From an uncultured Candidatus Saccharibacteria bacterium (GTDB lineage: Bacteria; Patescibacteriota; Minisyncoccia; Phycocordibacterales; CAIRYW01): a DNA stretch of 64,000 bases. How positions within the stretch are numbered: position 1 is the first letter of the stretch; the number at the start of each line of letters is the position of its first letter. The notes under the pieces are model-generated. The model ran no database searches. It had not been told where the DNA came from and saw only the letters and a list, made by a program, of their open reading frames with translations. Made by a program: the position numbers and the translations under genes. Location of the stretch: positions 70,283 to 134,282 of the forward strand of contig CAYUPH010000001.1 of assembly GCA_964446625.1 (NCBI GenBank), in the 5' to 3' direction. This document shows positions 36,744-46,211 of the stretch, in pieces.

Positions 36744-38270
36744 ATGCCTGTTGCAAAAGTACACAGCGGACAGAGCGAACTACTAAATGCAACGATTGTT
36801 GATGTGGAAACAGACCTCGCGCGGGGTCTGTTTGCGTTTTCGGTTGTTGGACTTCCCGACAAAGCAGTAGAGGAAGCAAAGGACAGGGTCAGCGCTGCAA
36901 TAAAAAACACTGGTCTTGAATCACCAAAAGCAAGAAATCAAAAAGTTGTTATCTCACTTGCACCGGCTCACATTAAAAAAGAAGGGTCTCTTTTTGATCT
37001 TCCGATTGCACTTTCTTTTCTTCTTGCATCCGAGCAAATTGATTTTGATCCGAAAGGCAAAATCTTTTTGGGAGAACTAGCACTCGATGGAAGTTTGCGC
37101 AAAACGATCGGCGTGCTTCCAATAGTGCGAGAAGCTGCAAAGAGCGGATTTACAGAAATCTATGTCCCAGAGGATAACCTAGATGAGGCACTTCTAGTAG
37201 ATGGTCTCAATATTTTTGGAGTCAAAAACCTTCTTGAAGTTTGTGACCATCTTCAAAAGAAAACTTTACTTGAAAGGGGAGAGAAGAAAGGTTTAACAGA
37301 CAAACACATTACTCACGATATTGATTGGTCACACATTAAGGGACAAGAGTCTGCAAAAAGAGCACTCCTTATTGCTGCAGCAGGAGGCCACAATGTGCTT
37401 CTATGGGGACCTCCTGGAACAGGTAAGACAATGCTCTCGAAGGCTTTTACTTCGATTCTTCCTAACCTTTCATACGAAGACATGCTTGAAGCAACATCTA
37501 TCCACTCTGTTGCAGGACTTCTCGGAGAAAAGACTTGTATTGAAGAACCGCCTTTCCGTGCTCCTCATCACACATCTTCTCACGTTGCAATTGTTGGAGG
37601 AGGACAAAATATAAAACCAGGAGAAATTACTCTTGCACACAAGGGAGTTCTTTTTCTCGATGAGTTTCCTGAGTTTGACAGAAGAGTAGTAGAGTCTCTT
37701 CGTGAACCACTGGAGGAAAAAAGAATTAGGATTTCTAGATCAAAAGGAACCGCAAACTTTCCTGCCGATTTTATTTTAATAGCTGCAATGAATCCGTGCC
37801 CCTGCGGAAATTTTGGAGGCAAAAAACCGTGTGTTTGCTCAGCGCTTTCTCTGCAAAAGTATAGTCAGAAGATTTCTGGACCTATAATGGACAGAATTGA
37901 TATGTGGGTTGAAGTTTCTGATATTCCTTTTTCTGCACTAAACAAAGATGAGGGAGGTGTAGAAAGTAAAGAAGTAAAAGAAATCGTGAGTGCTTCGCGC
38001 CAAAAACAAAAAGAGAGATGTCTTTCCATGAAAATTGCAGGAAGCAAAAACAGTGATGTGAAAGGAAAAGATTTACTTCGTTATGCGCTCCCCGAACCAG
38101 ACGCGCTTGAACTCCTGGGGACTGTCGCTGAAAAAATGTCTCTTTCACCACGCGCATACCACAGAGTTTTGCGTCTTGCGAGAACCATCGCGGATTTAGA
38201 AGGAGAAAAAAATGTGAAGCAAAAGCATATTCTCGAAGCAGTTCAGTATAGGCAAAAGATAGAAAAATAA
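36744..38270 (+). CDS. comM: YifB/ComM Mg-chelatase-like AAA+ ATPase
   Basis: ChlI-like N-terminal domain, Walker A GPPGTGKT, Walker B LFLDEF and C-terminal ComM region. Confidence 0.9.
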   Translation: MPVAKVHSGQSELLNATIVDVETDLARGLFAFSVVGLPDKAVEEAKDRVSAAIKNTGLESPKARNQKVVISLAPAHIKKEGSLFDLPIALSFLLASEQIDFDPKGKIFLGELALDGSLRKTIGVLPIVREAAKSGFTEIYVPEDNLDEALLVDGLNIFGVKNLLEVCDHLQKKTLLERGEKKGLTDKHITHDIDWSHIKGQESAKRALLIAAAGGHNVLLWGPPGTGKTMLSKAFTSILPNLSYEDMLEATSIHSVAGLLGEKTCIEEPPFRAPHHTSSHVAIVGGGQNIKPGEITLAHKGVLFLDEFPEFDRRVVESLREPLEEKRIRISRSKGTANFPADFILIAAMNPCPCGNFGGKKPCVCSALSLQKYSQKISGPIMDRIDMWVEVSDIPFSALNKDEGGVESKEVKEIVSASRQKQKERCLSMKIAGSKNSDVKGKDLLRYALPEPDALELLGTVAEKMSLSPRAYHRVLRLARTIADLEGEKNVKQKHILEAVQYRQKIEK

Positions 38271-38300
38271 AATCCCTCGAGTGAGGGATTTTATTTTTCT
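38268..38300. terminator. Bidirectional terminator between comM and the M23 peptidase gene
   Basis: AAATCCCTC-gagt-GAGGGATTT followed by a T-run. Confidence 0.7.
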
Positions 38301-38313
38301 ATTTTTCTCTATC

Positions 38314-39327
38314 TTAAAATGGGTTCCATCCATACTTACCTCCAAGAATTTCAAAGTGTAAGTGTGATCCGGTTGAATTTCCACTAGAACCCATTGCCCC
38401 GATAACTTGACCTTGAGACACTGTCTCTCCTGCTTTTATTTGAATAGCACTTAGGTGACCATAGAGTGTTTGTAAGCCATTTGCGTGCTGGATTACAACA
38501 TAATTTCCGTATCCTCCGTTCCACCCTCCCATTTTTGCAACAAGAACCGTTCCTTTTGCTGCAGCATATACTGTTGTTCCCACCTTGTTTGCAATATCGA
38601 CAGCACTCTTCCTCTTTCCGTGATTTCCTTGAGTTCTTGTACCTGTTGTTGGTCGAACAAATACTCCTGTAGCATCTGAACCAATTACACCACCCTTTAC
38701 TCCTCCAGTTGTTTTCTTTGGAGTTGGAGCAGTTTCATTCATTTCACCGTCTGGAATAATGATTTCTTTTCCAACTGTTAACCCTCCTTCTCCAATGTCG
38801 TTAAATTGTCTAATTTCGTTTGCGTCTCCTCCGTATTTCTTTGCAATAGACTCTACCGTATCTCCCTTCTTTACAATATATTTTACTCCTGAGATAGGAA
38901 GAATAATAAGCTTGTCTCCTTTCTTAATTGATTTGCTGTTTTTTAGATCATTAGCCCAAAGGATTGTGCTTTGAGAAACACCAAACATTTCTGCAATCCC
39001 TGAAAGGGTATCTCCCTCACGCACTTCGTACACACTTACAGTGTCCGATGCGGGTTTTTCTTTGATTTCGAGAGCTGTCCCCGCAATTCCTCCAGTTGGT
39101 TCAAGAGCATCTCCCGAAATAATTGCTGCCTCAGGTGCTTTACTAGTTGGGTTTGGGTCAATATTTGGAACCGCCTCGAGGATTGGCATATTGTGGGCAC
39201 TAAGGATAACAGTACCGAATTGTGATTCCTCACTAGAACTGCCACTACTTAAAAAAGAAAACATTCCTGCTGATACAACGACAGGAATGAAGAATAGAAG
39301 ACCGAACACTGGTTTATAGTGTTTCAT
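38314..39327 (-). CDS. LysM-domain M23 family metallopeptidase (murein endopeptidase-like)
   Basis: Two LysM repeats (DTLSGIAEMFGVS..., DTVESIAKKYGGD...) and M23 motifs HANGLQTLYGH, GSSGNSTGSHLHFE. Start set at MKHYKPVFGLLFF (signal/TM); the track ORF extends to 39600. Confidence 0.85.
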   Translation of the reverse strand: MKHYKPVFGLLFFIPVVVSAGMFSFLSSGSSSEESQFGTVILSAHNMPILEAVPNIDPNPTSKAPEAAIISGDALEPTGGIAGTALEIKEKPASDTVSVYEVREGDTLSGIAEMFGVSQSTILWANDLKNSKSIKKGDKLIILPISGVKYIVKKGDTVESIAKKYGGDANEIRQFNDIGEGGLTVGKEIIIPDGEMNETAPTPKKTTGGVKGGVIGSDATGVFVRPTTGTRTQGNHGKRKSAVDIANKVGTTVYAAAKGTVLVAKMGGWNGGYGNYVVIQHANGLQTLYGHLSAIQIKAGETVSQGQVIGAMGSSGNSTGSHLHFEILGGKYGWNPF

Positions 39328-39648
39328 AGTAAAGAAAGAGATTCTAAAGAGGGGGGAAACCACCTCTCTTTCTTTCTTCTGAAGCTCAAGGAAAGCATCC
39401 GCCCTTGCCTTTGCAAGGACGCTTTCTCCTGACATATAAGCTGTTTTTACAGTCTCTTTGAGACTATTTCTGACACGTTTAGTTAATATAAGCCTTAAAT
39501 CAATAGTAATTCTTGAAAGGGAAATGCAGACAGATAGGGTATAGAGCAAGAATACAGAAGTACTACATATGATAACAGAGGAGGGGGTGCTGTCAAACAA
39601 AAAGTGTGGGCTAATTTTTTCTTCATTTTGTGGTATATTTGAGTAAAA

Positions 39649-41589
39649 ATGGAAGAAAAACAGCAGGAATATCTAAAAGGGCTAAACGAAATGCAAAAAA
39701 AAGCGGTTCTCCACACAAACGGACCGCTTCTTATTGTTGCAGGGGCAGGGGCAGGGAAGACAAAAACGATTACCCACAGGATTTTGCACCTAACAGAAAC
39801 AGGTATTTCTCCAGAAAAAATACTTGCAATCACTTTTACCAATAAAGCAGGGAGTGAGATGCGAGAGAGGGCTCGAAAGCTTCTTGCGGAAAAAGCGACG
39901 GTTCCCGCAGGTTTCCGTAGCGAGCCTTTTATTTCTACTTTTCACTCGCTTGGGGTTTACCTTATAAGGGAATTTAAAGAGATACTTGATTTACCTAGAA
40001 GTTTTACGATTTTTGACAAAAGCGACAGTCTAAAGGCAATAAAAGAAGCAACCGAGTCTGCTGGGTTCGATACAAAAATGGTTGAGCCTCGAAAAACTAT
40101 GGCGATAATTTCGCGAGAAAAAGCGGAAGGGAGGGATGCTCAGGACTTTGAAAATAGGGAGTTGAATTTTCTTGAAGAGGCAACACTCAAAATATGGAAA
40201 GAATATGACTACATCTTAAAAAAAGAGAAGGCTCTGGATTTTGATGATCTTCTACTTAAAACACTTTTTTTACTGCGAAAAGAAGAAGTACAAAACTTCT
40301 GCCATACAAAATGGAGTCATATACATATTGATGAGTACCAAGATACAAACAAAGTACAGTATGAGATAGCAAAAATCCTTGCAGGAAAAGAAAAAAATAT
40401 TGCAGTTGTAGGAGACATGGATCAGTCTATTTACAGTTGGCGAGGAGCTGATTTTAAAAACCTTTTACGCTTTGAAACTGATTACCCTGATGCAGAAGTG
40501 ATTCTCCTGGAAGAAAATTACCGCTCAACAAAAAATATTCTTGCTGTTGCAAATGACATTATTGCGAAAAACCGCGAAAGAAAAGAAAAAAATCTTTATA
40601 CAAAAAATCCTGACGGAGACCTCTTGTCCGTTGCTCTCGCATATGATGAAAAAGGGGAGGCTGATTATATTGCCCGAACAGTACGCATGCTTATAAGGCA
40701 AGATGTTACTCCCGATGAAATAGCAGTTCTCTATCGTGCCAACTTCCAATCGCGCGCACTTGAAGAAGCGTGTCTCTCGAGTGAAATTCCTTATGAACTT
40801 ATTGGAACAAAATTCTTTGAGCGAAAGGAAGTGAAGGATGTGCTTGCTTATATTAAATACGCTCTAAATAGAGAAAGCGTTTCGGAACTAAAAAGAGCAA
40901 TTTCTTTTCCAGGACGAGGAATCGGAAAAGTTGGTTTACTTAAAATTCTTGAAGGAAAAAGTGAGCTCCTCCCAAAATCGCAAAAACAAAGCTTTGATTC
41001 TTTTGTGAGGCTTCTTGATGAAATAAAAGAAAAAGCAGAAAATGACACAGTGAGCAACCTTATAAAATACACAATCGAAAGATCAGGTATAGAAAATGCA
41101 CTTCGTGAGGGTGGGGAAGAAGATTTGGAGAGACTTGAAAACGTAAGAGAGCTTGTTAGCATCGCTTCGTCATTTGATAACGTTGCAAAAGAAGAAGCTC
41201 TTCTTCGGTTTCTTGACCATACAGCACTCGCATCTGACCAAGATGAAATAAAAGAGAACACAAAAAAAATCCGCCTTATGACAATCCACGGTGCCAAAGG
41301 TCTAGAGTTTGATTATGTATTTATTACTGGCCTTGAAAAAAACCTTTTTCCTCACAAAAGGCTTGATGAAGAAGTGGTCACCACAGACGAGGAAGAAGAG
41401 GAAAGACGACTTTTCTATGTGGCGCTCACAAGGGCAAGAAAGAAAATTTACCTTACTCACACAATGACCCGAAAGATTTTTGGATCAACAGAATATAACG
41501 AACCTTCTGAGTTTCTTCGAGATATTGATAATGGGTTTCTCACTTCAGATGGAGATTCTGGGAGAGAAAAAATAATTTATTTAGACTAA
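39649..41589 (+). CDS. pcrA: ATP-dependent DNA helicase PcrA/UvrD family
   Basis: Walker A AGAGAGKTKTITHR, helicase motifs (DEYQDTN, VGDMDQSIYSWRGA, TIHGAKGLEFDYVF). Confidence 0.9.
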   Translation: MEEKQQEYLKGLNEMQKKAVLHTNGPLLIVAGAGAGKTKTITHRILHLTETGISPEKILAITFTNKAGSEMRERARKLLAEKATVPAGFRSEPFISTFHSLGVYLIREFKEILDLPRSFTIFDKSDSLKAIKEATESAGFDTKMVEPRKTMAIISREKAEGRDAQDFENRELNFLEEATLKIWKEYDYILKKEKALDFDDLLLKTLFLLRKEEVQNFCHTKWSHIHIDEYQDTNKVQYEIAKILAGKEKNIAVVGDMDQSIYSWRGADFKNLLRFETDYPDAEVILLEENYRSTKNILAVANDIIAKNRERKEKNLYTKNPDGDLLSVALAYDEKGEADYIARTVRMLIRQDVTPDEIAVLYRANFQSRALEEACLSSEIPYELIGTKFFERKEVKDVLAYIKYALNRESVSELKRAISFPGRGIGKVGLLKILEGKSELLPKSQKQSFDSFVRLLDEIKEKAENDTVSNLIKYTIERSGIENALREGGEEDLERLENVRELVSIASSFDNVAKEEALLRFLDHTALASDQDEIKENTKKIRLMTIHGAKGLEFDYVFITGLEKNLFPHKRLDEEVVTTDEEEEERRLFYVALTRARKKIYLTHTMTRKIFGSTEYNEPSEFLRDIDNGFLTSDGDSGREKIIYLD

Positions 41590-41591
41590 AA

Positions 41592-42368
41592 ATGCAAGCA
41601 AAAAAATCTCTTGGCCAAAACTTTCTTTCATCAAAAGCAATCGTTTCTCGCATTGCAGGATATGGCGACGTAAAGAAAGGTGAACTAGTAATAGAAATCG
41701 GACCAGGAAAAGGAATTCTTACCGCAGCACTTCTAGAGAAAGAAGCCGACGTAACAGTAATCGAAAAAGATGACAGACTTATTCCTCTTCTTACAGAAAA
41801 GTTTAAAGAATTTCCTCAGTTTAATATAATCCATGCCGATGTTCTTGAAACTGAGATTGAAAAAATTGTTGGAGAGAGAAAATACAAAGTTATAGCAAAT
41901 ATACCATACTATATAACAGGAGAAATTTTGCGAAGGTTTCTGGAAGCAAAACACAAACCTGAAACAATGGTTATTCTTGTTCAAAAAGAAGTAGCAGAGA
42001 GAATCGCTACAAGGGACGGGAAGGAAAGTATTTTGTCTCTTTCAGTTAAAGCGTTTGGCGAACCAAAGGTGTGTGAAAAAGTAAAAAAAGAAATGTTTTC
42101 TCCCGTGCCAAAAGTAGACTCTTCAGTACTAAAAATCGACAATATTTCTGGAAGTAATTTTAAAGATAAAACAGAAAGAGAGAAGTTTTTTACGCTTGTA
42201 AAAGCAGGCTTTCTCCACAAAAGAAAAGTGCTCGTAAAAAATCTCTCTGACGCAGGTTTTGAAAGAGAAAAAATTTTAGAGACTCTCCACTCTTTTGGTA
42301 AAAATGAAAAAGCGAGAGCTGAAGAGCTCCCACTTTCTTTCTGGCTAAAGCTTTTAGAGAAGATTTAA
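41592..42368 (+). CDS. rsmA: 16S rRNA (adenine1518/1519-N6)-dimethyltransferase
   Basis: SLGQNFL start, SAM motif IEIGPGKGILT, NIPY motif. Confidence 0.9.
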   Translation: MQAKKSLGQNFLSSKAIVSRIAGYGDVKKGELVIEIGPGKGILTAALLEKEADVTVIEKDDRLIPLLTEKFKEFPQFNIIHADVLETEIEKIVGERKYKVIANIPYYITGEILRRFLEAKHKPETMVILVQKEVAERIATRDGKESILSLSVKAFGEPKVCEKVKKEMFSPVPKVDSSVLKIDNISGSNFKDKTEREKFFTLVKAGFLHKRKVLVKNLSDAGFEREKILETLHSFGKNEKARAEELPLSFWLKLLEKI

Positions 42369-42833
42369 TTACTTGGATGTTCCGATTCCTCTTGGAGAAT
42401 CTATAATACTATCTGCGGTTGCAATTGTGACACAGACTTCATACACTTCAACTTCACAGTCCATACTTAAGTTATAGAAACCACCAATAGTATATGCTCC
42501 TGGGGTTAAATTATAATACTCTTGAAGCGTTGATATACCTGGTAAATACATGGTTTTTATTGTATTACCTGTAGTATAATCCTCGATTTCAAGATAAGTA
42601 CCTCCAGAACATGTACAAAAAAGCGTCGATGAAATCTTTCCTCCAAAAAAATCAATATTACCGACCCCAACACTTACTCCACCTCCTCCTACACTTACAC
42701 CTCCTACTCCAGGAACACTCACACCCGCACTAGGAATCGAAGGTGTACTAAGTTGCGCAGAAACCCTTGATGAAAAAAAGGATAATGTAATAAAGAAGAT
42801 TAAACTCCATCTAATTGTTTTTTTTATTACCAT
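42369..42833 (-). CDS. Small secreted Gly-rich protein (hypothetical)
   Basis: Signal peptide followed by G/V-rich repeats (VGGVSVGGGGVSVGVG). Confidence 0.45.
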   Translation of the reverse strand: MVIKKTIRWSLIFFITLSFFSSRVSAQLSTPSIPSAGVSVPGVGGVSVGGGGVSVGVGNIDFFGGKISSTLFCTCSGGTYLEIEDYTTGNTIKTMYLPGISTLQEYYNLTPGAYTIGGFYNLSMDCEVEVYEVCVTIATADSIIDSPRGIGTSK

Positions 42834-42836
42834 AAA

Positions 42837-43874
42837 TTACAACTCCATATTAACAATAAACTGGTTAGACACACCTCCTCCTGACCCAACCGAAACAGGG
42901 AAAGATATTTTCCCCTTAGCGTCTTCCCAGTGTATAGACTCTGATTGAGGAAGATCCTGAAGAGAAAAAATAATCACACCTTGGTTCGATTTTACCTCTA
43001 GTTCTGATCCAAATGGGGTATAAACAGCGTTATTTTTATCACTGAAGTTGTCCCCCTCTATATGAAGATCAGCTGTTTTACCCTTTCCTGTGACAGTTAC
43101 TTTATTTATTTTTGGAGGAATACTTGTAGCACTGCCAACAGAAATATTTCTATCACTCATTTTAACTGATTCACCTTTAGAATTTTTTATATGAACTGAG
43201 TAGACTCCCTCTTCAAGACTTGGGACAGTAACTTCGAGGGTATAAGGGGGTATGAATTTACTTGTCGCATCTTTTGTCCCAACAGTAATAGTATTTTTTT
43301 CTTCAAAACCAATGCCAAAAATATAGAAACTCTGTCCAATCTGCGAAGTGAGAGAAGATTGAGACACAGGAAGGATGGTGTTTTTTGGATAAGCTTTTTC
43401 AAGTCCACTTAAATCAGGGCTTGTAATGGGGGGTAGAGAAGGGGTACTCACAACCCGTCCTTCTAAAATGGAATTGATTTTTTCTCTTGTTCGAGGACCA
43501 AAATATCCACTCCCATAGAGATATCCTAAAGGAGACAAAATATCTGCGGCATATTTGTTTTGAAATTTTATAACGGCGGCTTTTGTTTTTTCGCCAAAGT
43601 AAATAGTTTCGAACCCAAGAGAGCCCGGACCAGGTGTACTAAGAGCAGTGTCCGGATCCTTATTGAGCACTTGTTGTAGAAACATTACATCCTCGCCTTC
43701 CATTCCGACAGTGAGATCACGCTGAAAAGCTGACTCAGCATGCGTGTTTGCAACCAAAAGAAATGAGAAAAAAGAAATAAAAAAGAAATTTTTCTTTACT
43801 ATATTCACAGGTTCATTGTACCACAGCAGGAATAATCTTGATATAATAAACAAATGGAAAAACCAAGCAAACAA
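42837..43874 (-). CDS. Secreted protein with peptidoglycan-binding domain (PG_binding_1-like) plus a beta-rich C-terminal region
   Basis: DLTVGMEGEDVMFLQQVLN...FGEKTKAAVIKFQNKY matches the PG-binding domain pattern. The true start is probably an internal GTG/ATG; the track start is used here. Confidence 0.55.
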   Translation of the reverse strand: MFAWFFHLFIISRLFLLWYNEPVNIVKKNFFFISFFSFLLVANTHAESAFQRDLTVGMEGEDVMFLQQVLNKDPDTALSTPGPGSLGFETIYFGEKTKAAVIKFQNKYAADILSPLGYLYGSGYFGPRTREKINSILEGRVVSTPSLPPITSPDLSGLEKAYPKNTILPVSQSSLTSQIGQSFYIFGIGFEEKNTITVGTKDATSKFIPPYTLEVTVPSLEEGVYSVHIKNSKGESVKMSDRNISVGSATSIPPKINKVTVTGKGKTADLHIEGDNFSDKNNAVYTPFGSELEVKSNQGVIIFSLQDLPQSESIHWEDAKGKISFPVSVGSGGGVSNQFIVNMEL

Positions 43875-44834
43875 GTGACTGCTGTTCTTATAATTTCGAT
43901 TTCAATTATTCTTGGTGCTCTTTTAATAAAATACAAACCTTTTTCCTCATTGACATTCACAAGTGAAAAATCTCCAGAAATCAAAGATCTCACTGTAGGT
44001 ACAGGGGCTCAAAATACAATAGAAATTGACTCAGATGAGGATGGTCTTAAAGATTGGGAAGAGATTTTATGGAAAAGTGATTCAAAAAACAAAGACTCAG
44101 ACAATGATGGAACTAATGACGGAGACGAAGTGAAACAGGGAAGGAATCCGATGATAAAAGGACCGAACGACAAAAACACAGAAGAAAGTGGTGAAGGATC
44201 ATTTTTAAAGACCGGAGGAAATGGAACATCTGAGGAAAACATTAGTCAAAAGTTTACAACTGCCTTTTTGTCTGATTTTACCTACCTAGAAAGCACTGGT
44301 AATTTGAATAATGAAACAAAAACACAGCTTATTCAAAAATTTACAGAGGGAGCCGATGGTGCTTTTCCTTTTAAAAAATATGACCTTTCTTCACTTTCTG
44401 TTGACTTAAATCCGACTCAAGAAGAGCTTAAGTTTTATGCCACAACCATTGCAACGCTTCAAACTAATACTTTAGTCTCTATATCAAAAAGCAGTCCGCT
44501 TATCGAGAGAGACTTAGATGTTATGGCAGATATTTATAAAAAATTAATGGAAGATTTTCTTGCCGTACAAAATGTACCATCAGTCCTGGCACCAGCGCAC
44601 CTACAGATAATAAATAATTACAGCGCATCAAGTGAAGCTTTCAGAGCTCTAAAAAGAGCAAAAGACGACCCTATTAAAGCAAGTTTAGCCATGAATGTTT
44701 ATAAGTCTCTCGGGGATCTTCACTATGCTCTCCTTCTTAAAATGGCAAAGTATTTTAACGAAAATGGTATAATTTTTAATGATGAAGAAATTGGGTCATA
44801 CTGGACAATTATACTGAATCAAGAATCGCAATGA
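43854..44834 (+). CDS. Membrane-anchored protein with Asp-rich calcium-binding-like repeats (DSDEDGLKD, DSDNDGTNDGDE); first gene of the T4SS-like operon
   Basis: N-terminal TM plus thrombospondin-type-3-like D-x-D-x-DG repeats. 4-nt overlap with the next gene. Confidence 0.5.
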   Translation: MEKPSKQVTAVLIISISIILGALLIKYKPFSSLTFTSEKSPEIKDLTVGTGAQNTIEIDSDEDGLKDWEEILWKSDSKNKDSDNDGTNDGDEVKQGRNPMIKGPNDKNTEESGEGSFLKTGGNGTSEENISQKFTTAFLSDFTYLESTGNLNNETKTQLIQKFTEGADGAFPFKKYDLSSLSVDLNPTQEELKFYATTIATLQTNTLVSISKSSPLIERDLDVMADIYKKLMEDFLAVQNVPSVLAPAHLQIINNYSASSEAFRALKRAKDDPIKASLAMNVYKSLGDLHYALLLKMAKYFNENGIIFNDEEIGSYWTIILNQESQ

Positions 44835-46165
44835 TTTTTACAAAAAACTCACAAAATAAAAAAAGAATAAGTTTGCTCATTCTGGTTGTTTTTATTTATG
44901 TAACTGGTTTCAGTACAGTATCTTATGCTCAAACATCAGGTACTGGTGGTCTCCAAGTACCTGGTGCAAGTACAATGACTGATACCTCCTCAAACTCTGG
45001 CACAGGATCAAATCAGCAAACCGGCACTACAGGTACTCAAAATACCACCTCTGGAACACAAGGCGCGGGAGGAACCAAAAAAACAAATGAAAGTTATCAA
45101 AATGCAGATGGTACATACAAAACCGCTCCTGAGGGAATAGGTCAACAGGAAGGTAGTGTTGGAAAAAATGTTGCAGCATCTGCGCTTTCTTGCTCTGTAT
45201 CTGCAATCTTAGGAAACCTTGTTTCTAGCACAATTGGAGCAGCCCTCAGTGAGCTAACAGGAATGCTCAGTGGATGGCTTACAGATGCGCTGGGAGGAAT
45301 TATAAATATTGAGGTAGTAAAGGAGGTACCTACTAAAGATAGAATCGTACGAAACAACACTGGACTTACAACCTCAAAAGAAACAGGAAATGGAAAAACA
45401 GGTAATATCCTTACAACTATACTAAATGGTATTGGTTCCGTATCTTGGGACTCGATTGGGTGGTGCCTAGGAATCGAAATTGTGCGATATATTTCTGACG
45501 CAACTGTATACTGGATTCAAAATGGATTTGAAGGAAAACCAATTTTTATCGATAACCCTGGTTCTTTTTTTGAGGGGTTGGCTGACCGAGAAGCTGGAAA
45601 CTTTATCAAAGAAATAGTTGATGGCTCAACAGGGATAAATGTGTGCGAACCATTTAAACTAGGGGTAGGGGTTGCTATCAATTACGCATACTCAAATAGT
45701 GGACGCGGAGGCAGACAAATTGGTTGTTCTCTTGACCAAATAAAAAATAACTATGATGCTTATATGCAAAACTGGAATGAGGGAGGGCTTATCGGACTTG
45801 CAGAAATTGCACAACCGGAAAACAACTTTTATGGTGCTTACGAACAAGCAGAAAATCAACTTATACTTCGAATTAATGCTCAAAAAGCAGTTGAAAAGCT
45901 AAAACAATCATGGAATAACGGATATAGAACATTTGAAAAATGTGATGAGAGTAAGAAAAGAGCAGATGGTTCGCAAGACCCCGCATATTGTAAAACTGTG
46001 ACTCCAGGTTCTCTAGCAAAGAAAGCAGTTGAATCTCGTACAATAGACTCTTCAACATTTAAAACCGTACTCGCAGATGAATTTGATGAGATTATTACTC
46101 AACTTGTTAACCAGCTCGTTCGAATTGCAGTAAACGAAATGTTTGATGCTGTAGAAGGTCAATAA
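44831..46165 (+). CDS. Secreted Thr/Gly-rich protein (hypothetical)
   Basis: Signal peptide and low-complexity TG-rich N-terminal third; no domain recognised. Confidence 0.5.
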   Translation: MIFTKNSQNKKRISLLILVVFIYVTGFSTVSYAQTSGTGGLQVPGASTMTDTSSNSGTGSNQQTGTTGTQNTTSGTQGAGGTKKTNESYQNADGTYKTAPEGIGQQEGSVGKNVAASALSCSVSAILGNLVSSTIGAALSELTGMLSGWLTDALGGIINIEVVKEVPTKDRIVRNNTGLTTSKETGNGKTGNILTTILNGIGSVSWDSIGWCLGIEIVRYISDATVYWIQNGFEGKPIFIDNPGSFFEGLADREAGNFIKEIVDGSTGINVCEPFKLGVGVAINYAYSNSGRGGRQIGCSLDQIKNNYDAYMQNWNEGGLIGLAEIAQPENNFYGAYEQAENQLILRINAQKAVEKLKQSWNNGYRTFEKCDESKKRADGSQDPAYCKTVTPGSLAKKAVESRTIDSSTFKTVLADEFDEIITQLVNQLVRIAVNEMFDAVEGQ

Positions 46166-46211
46166 GCCTTTTCAACTTATTTTTTATAATAAGTTTTGCT
46201 ATAATGAAATC

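Noticed and set aside
40848-41297. 149-aa minus ORF inside pcrA
   Set aside because: Antisense shadow ORF within a conserved helicase gene.
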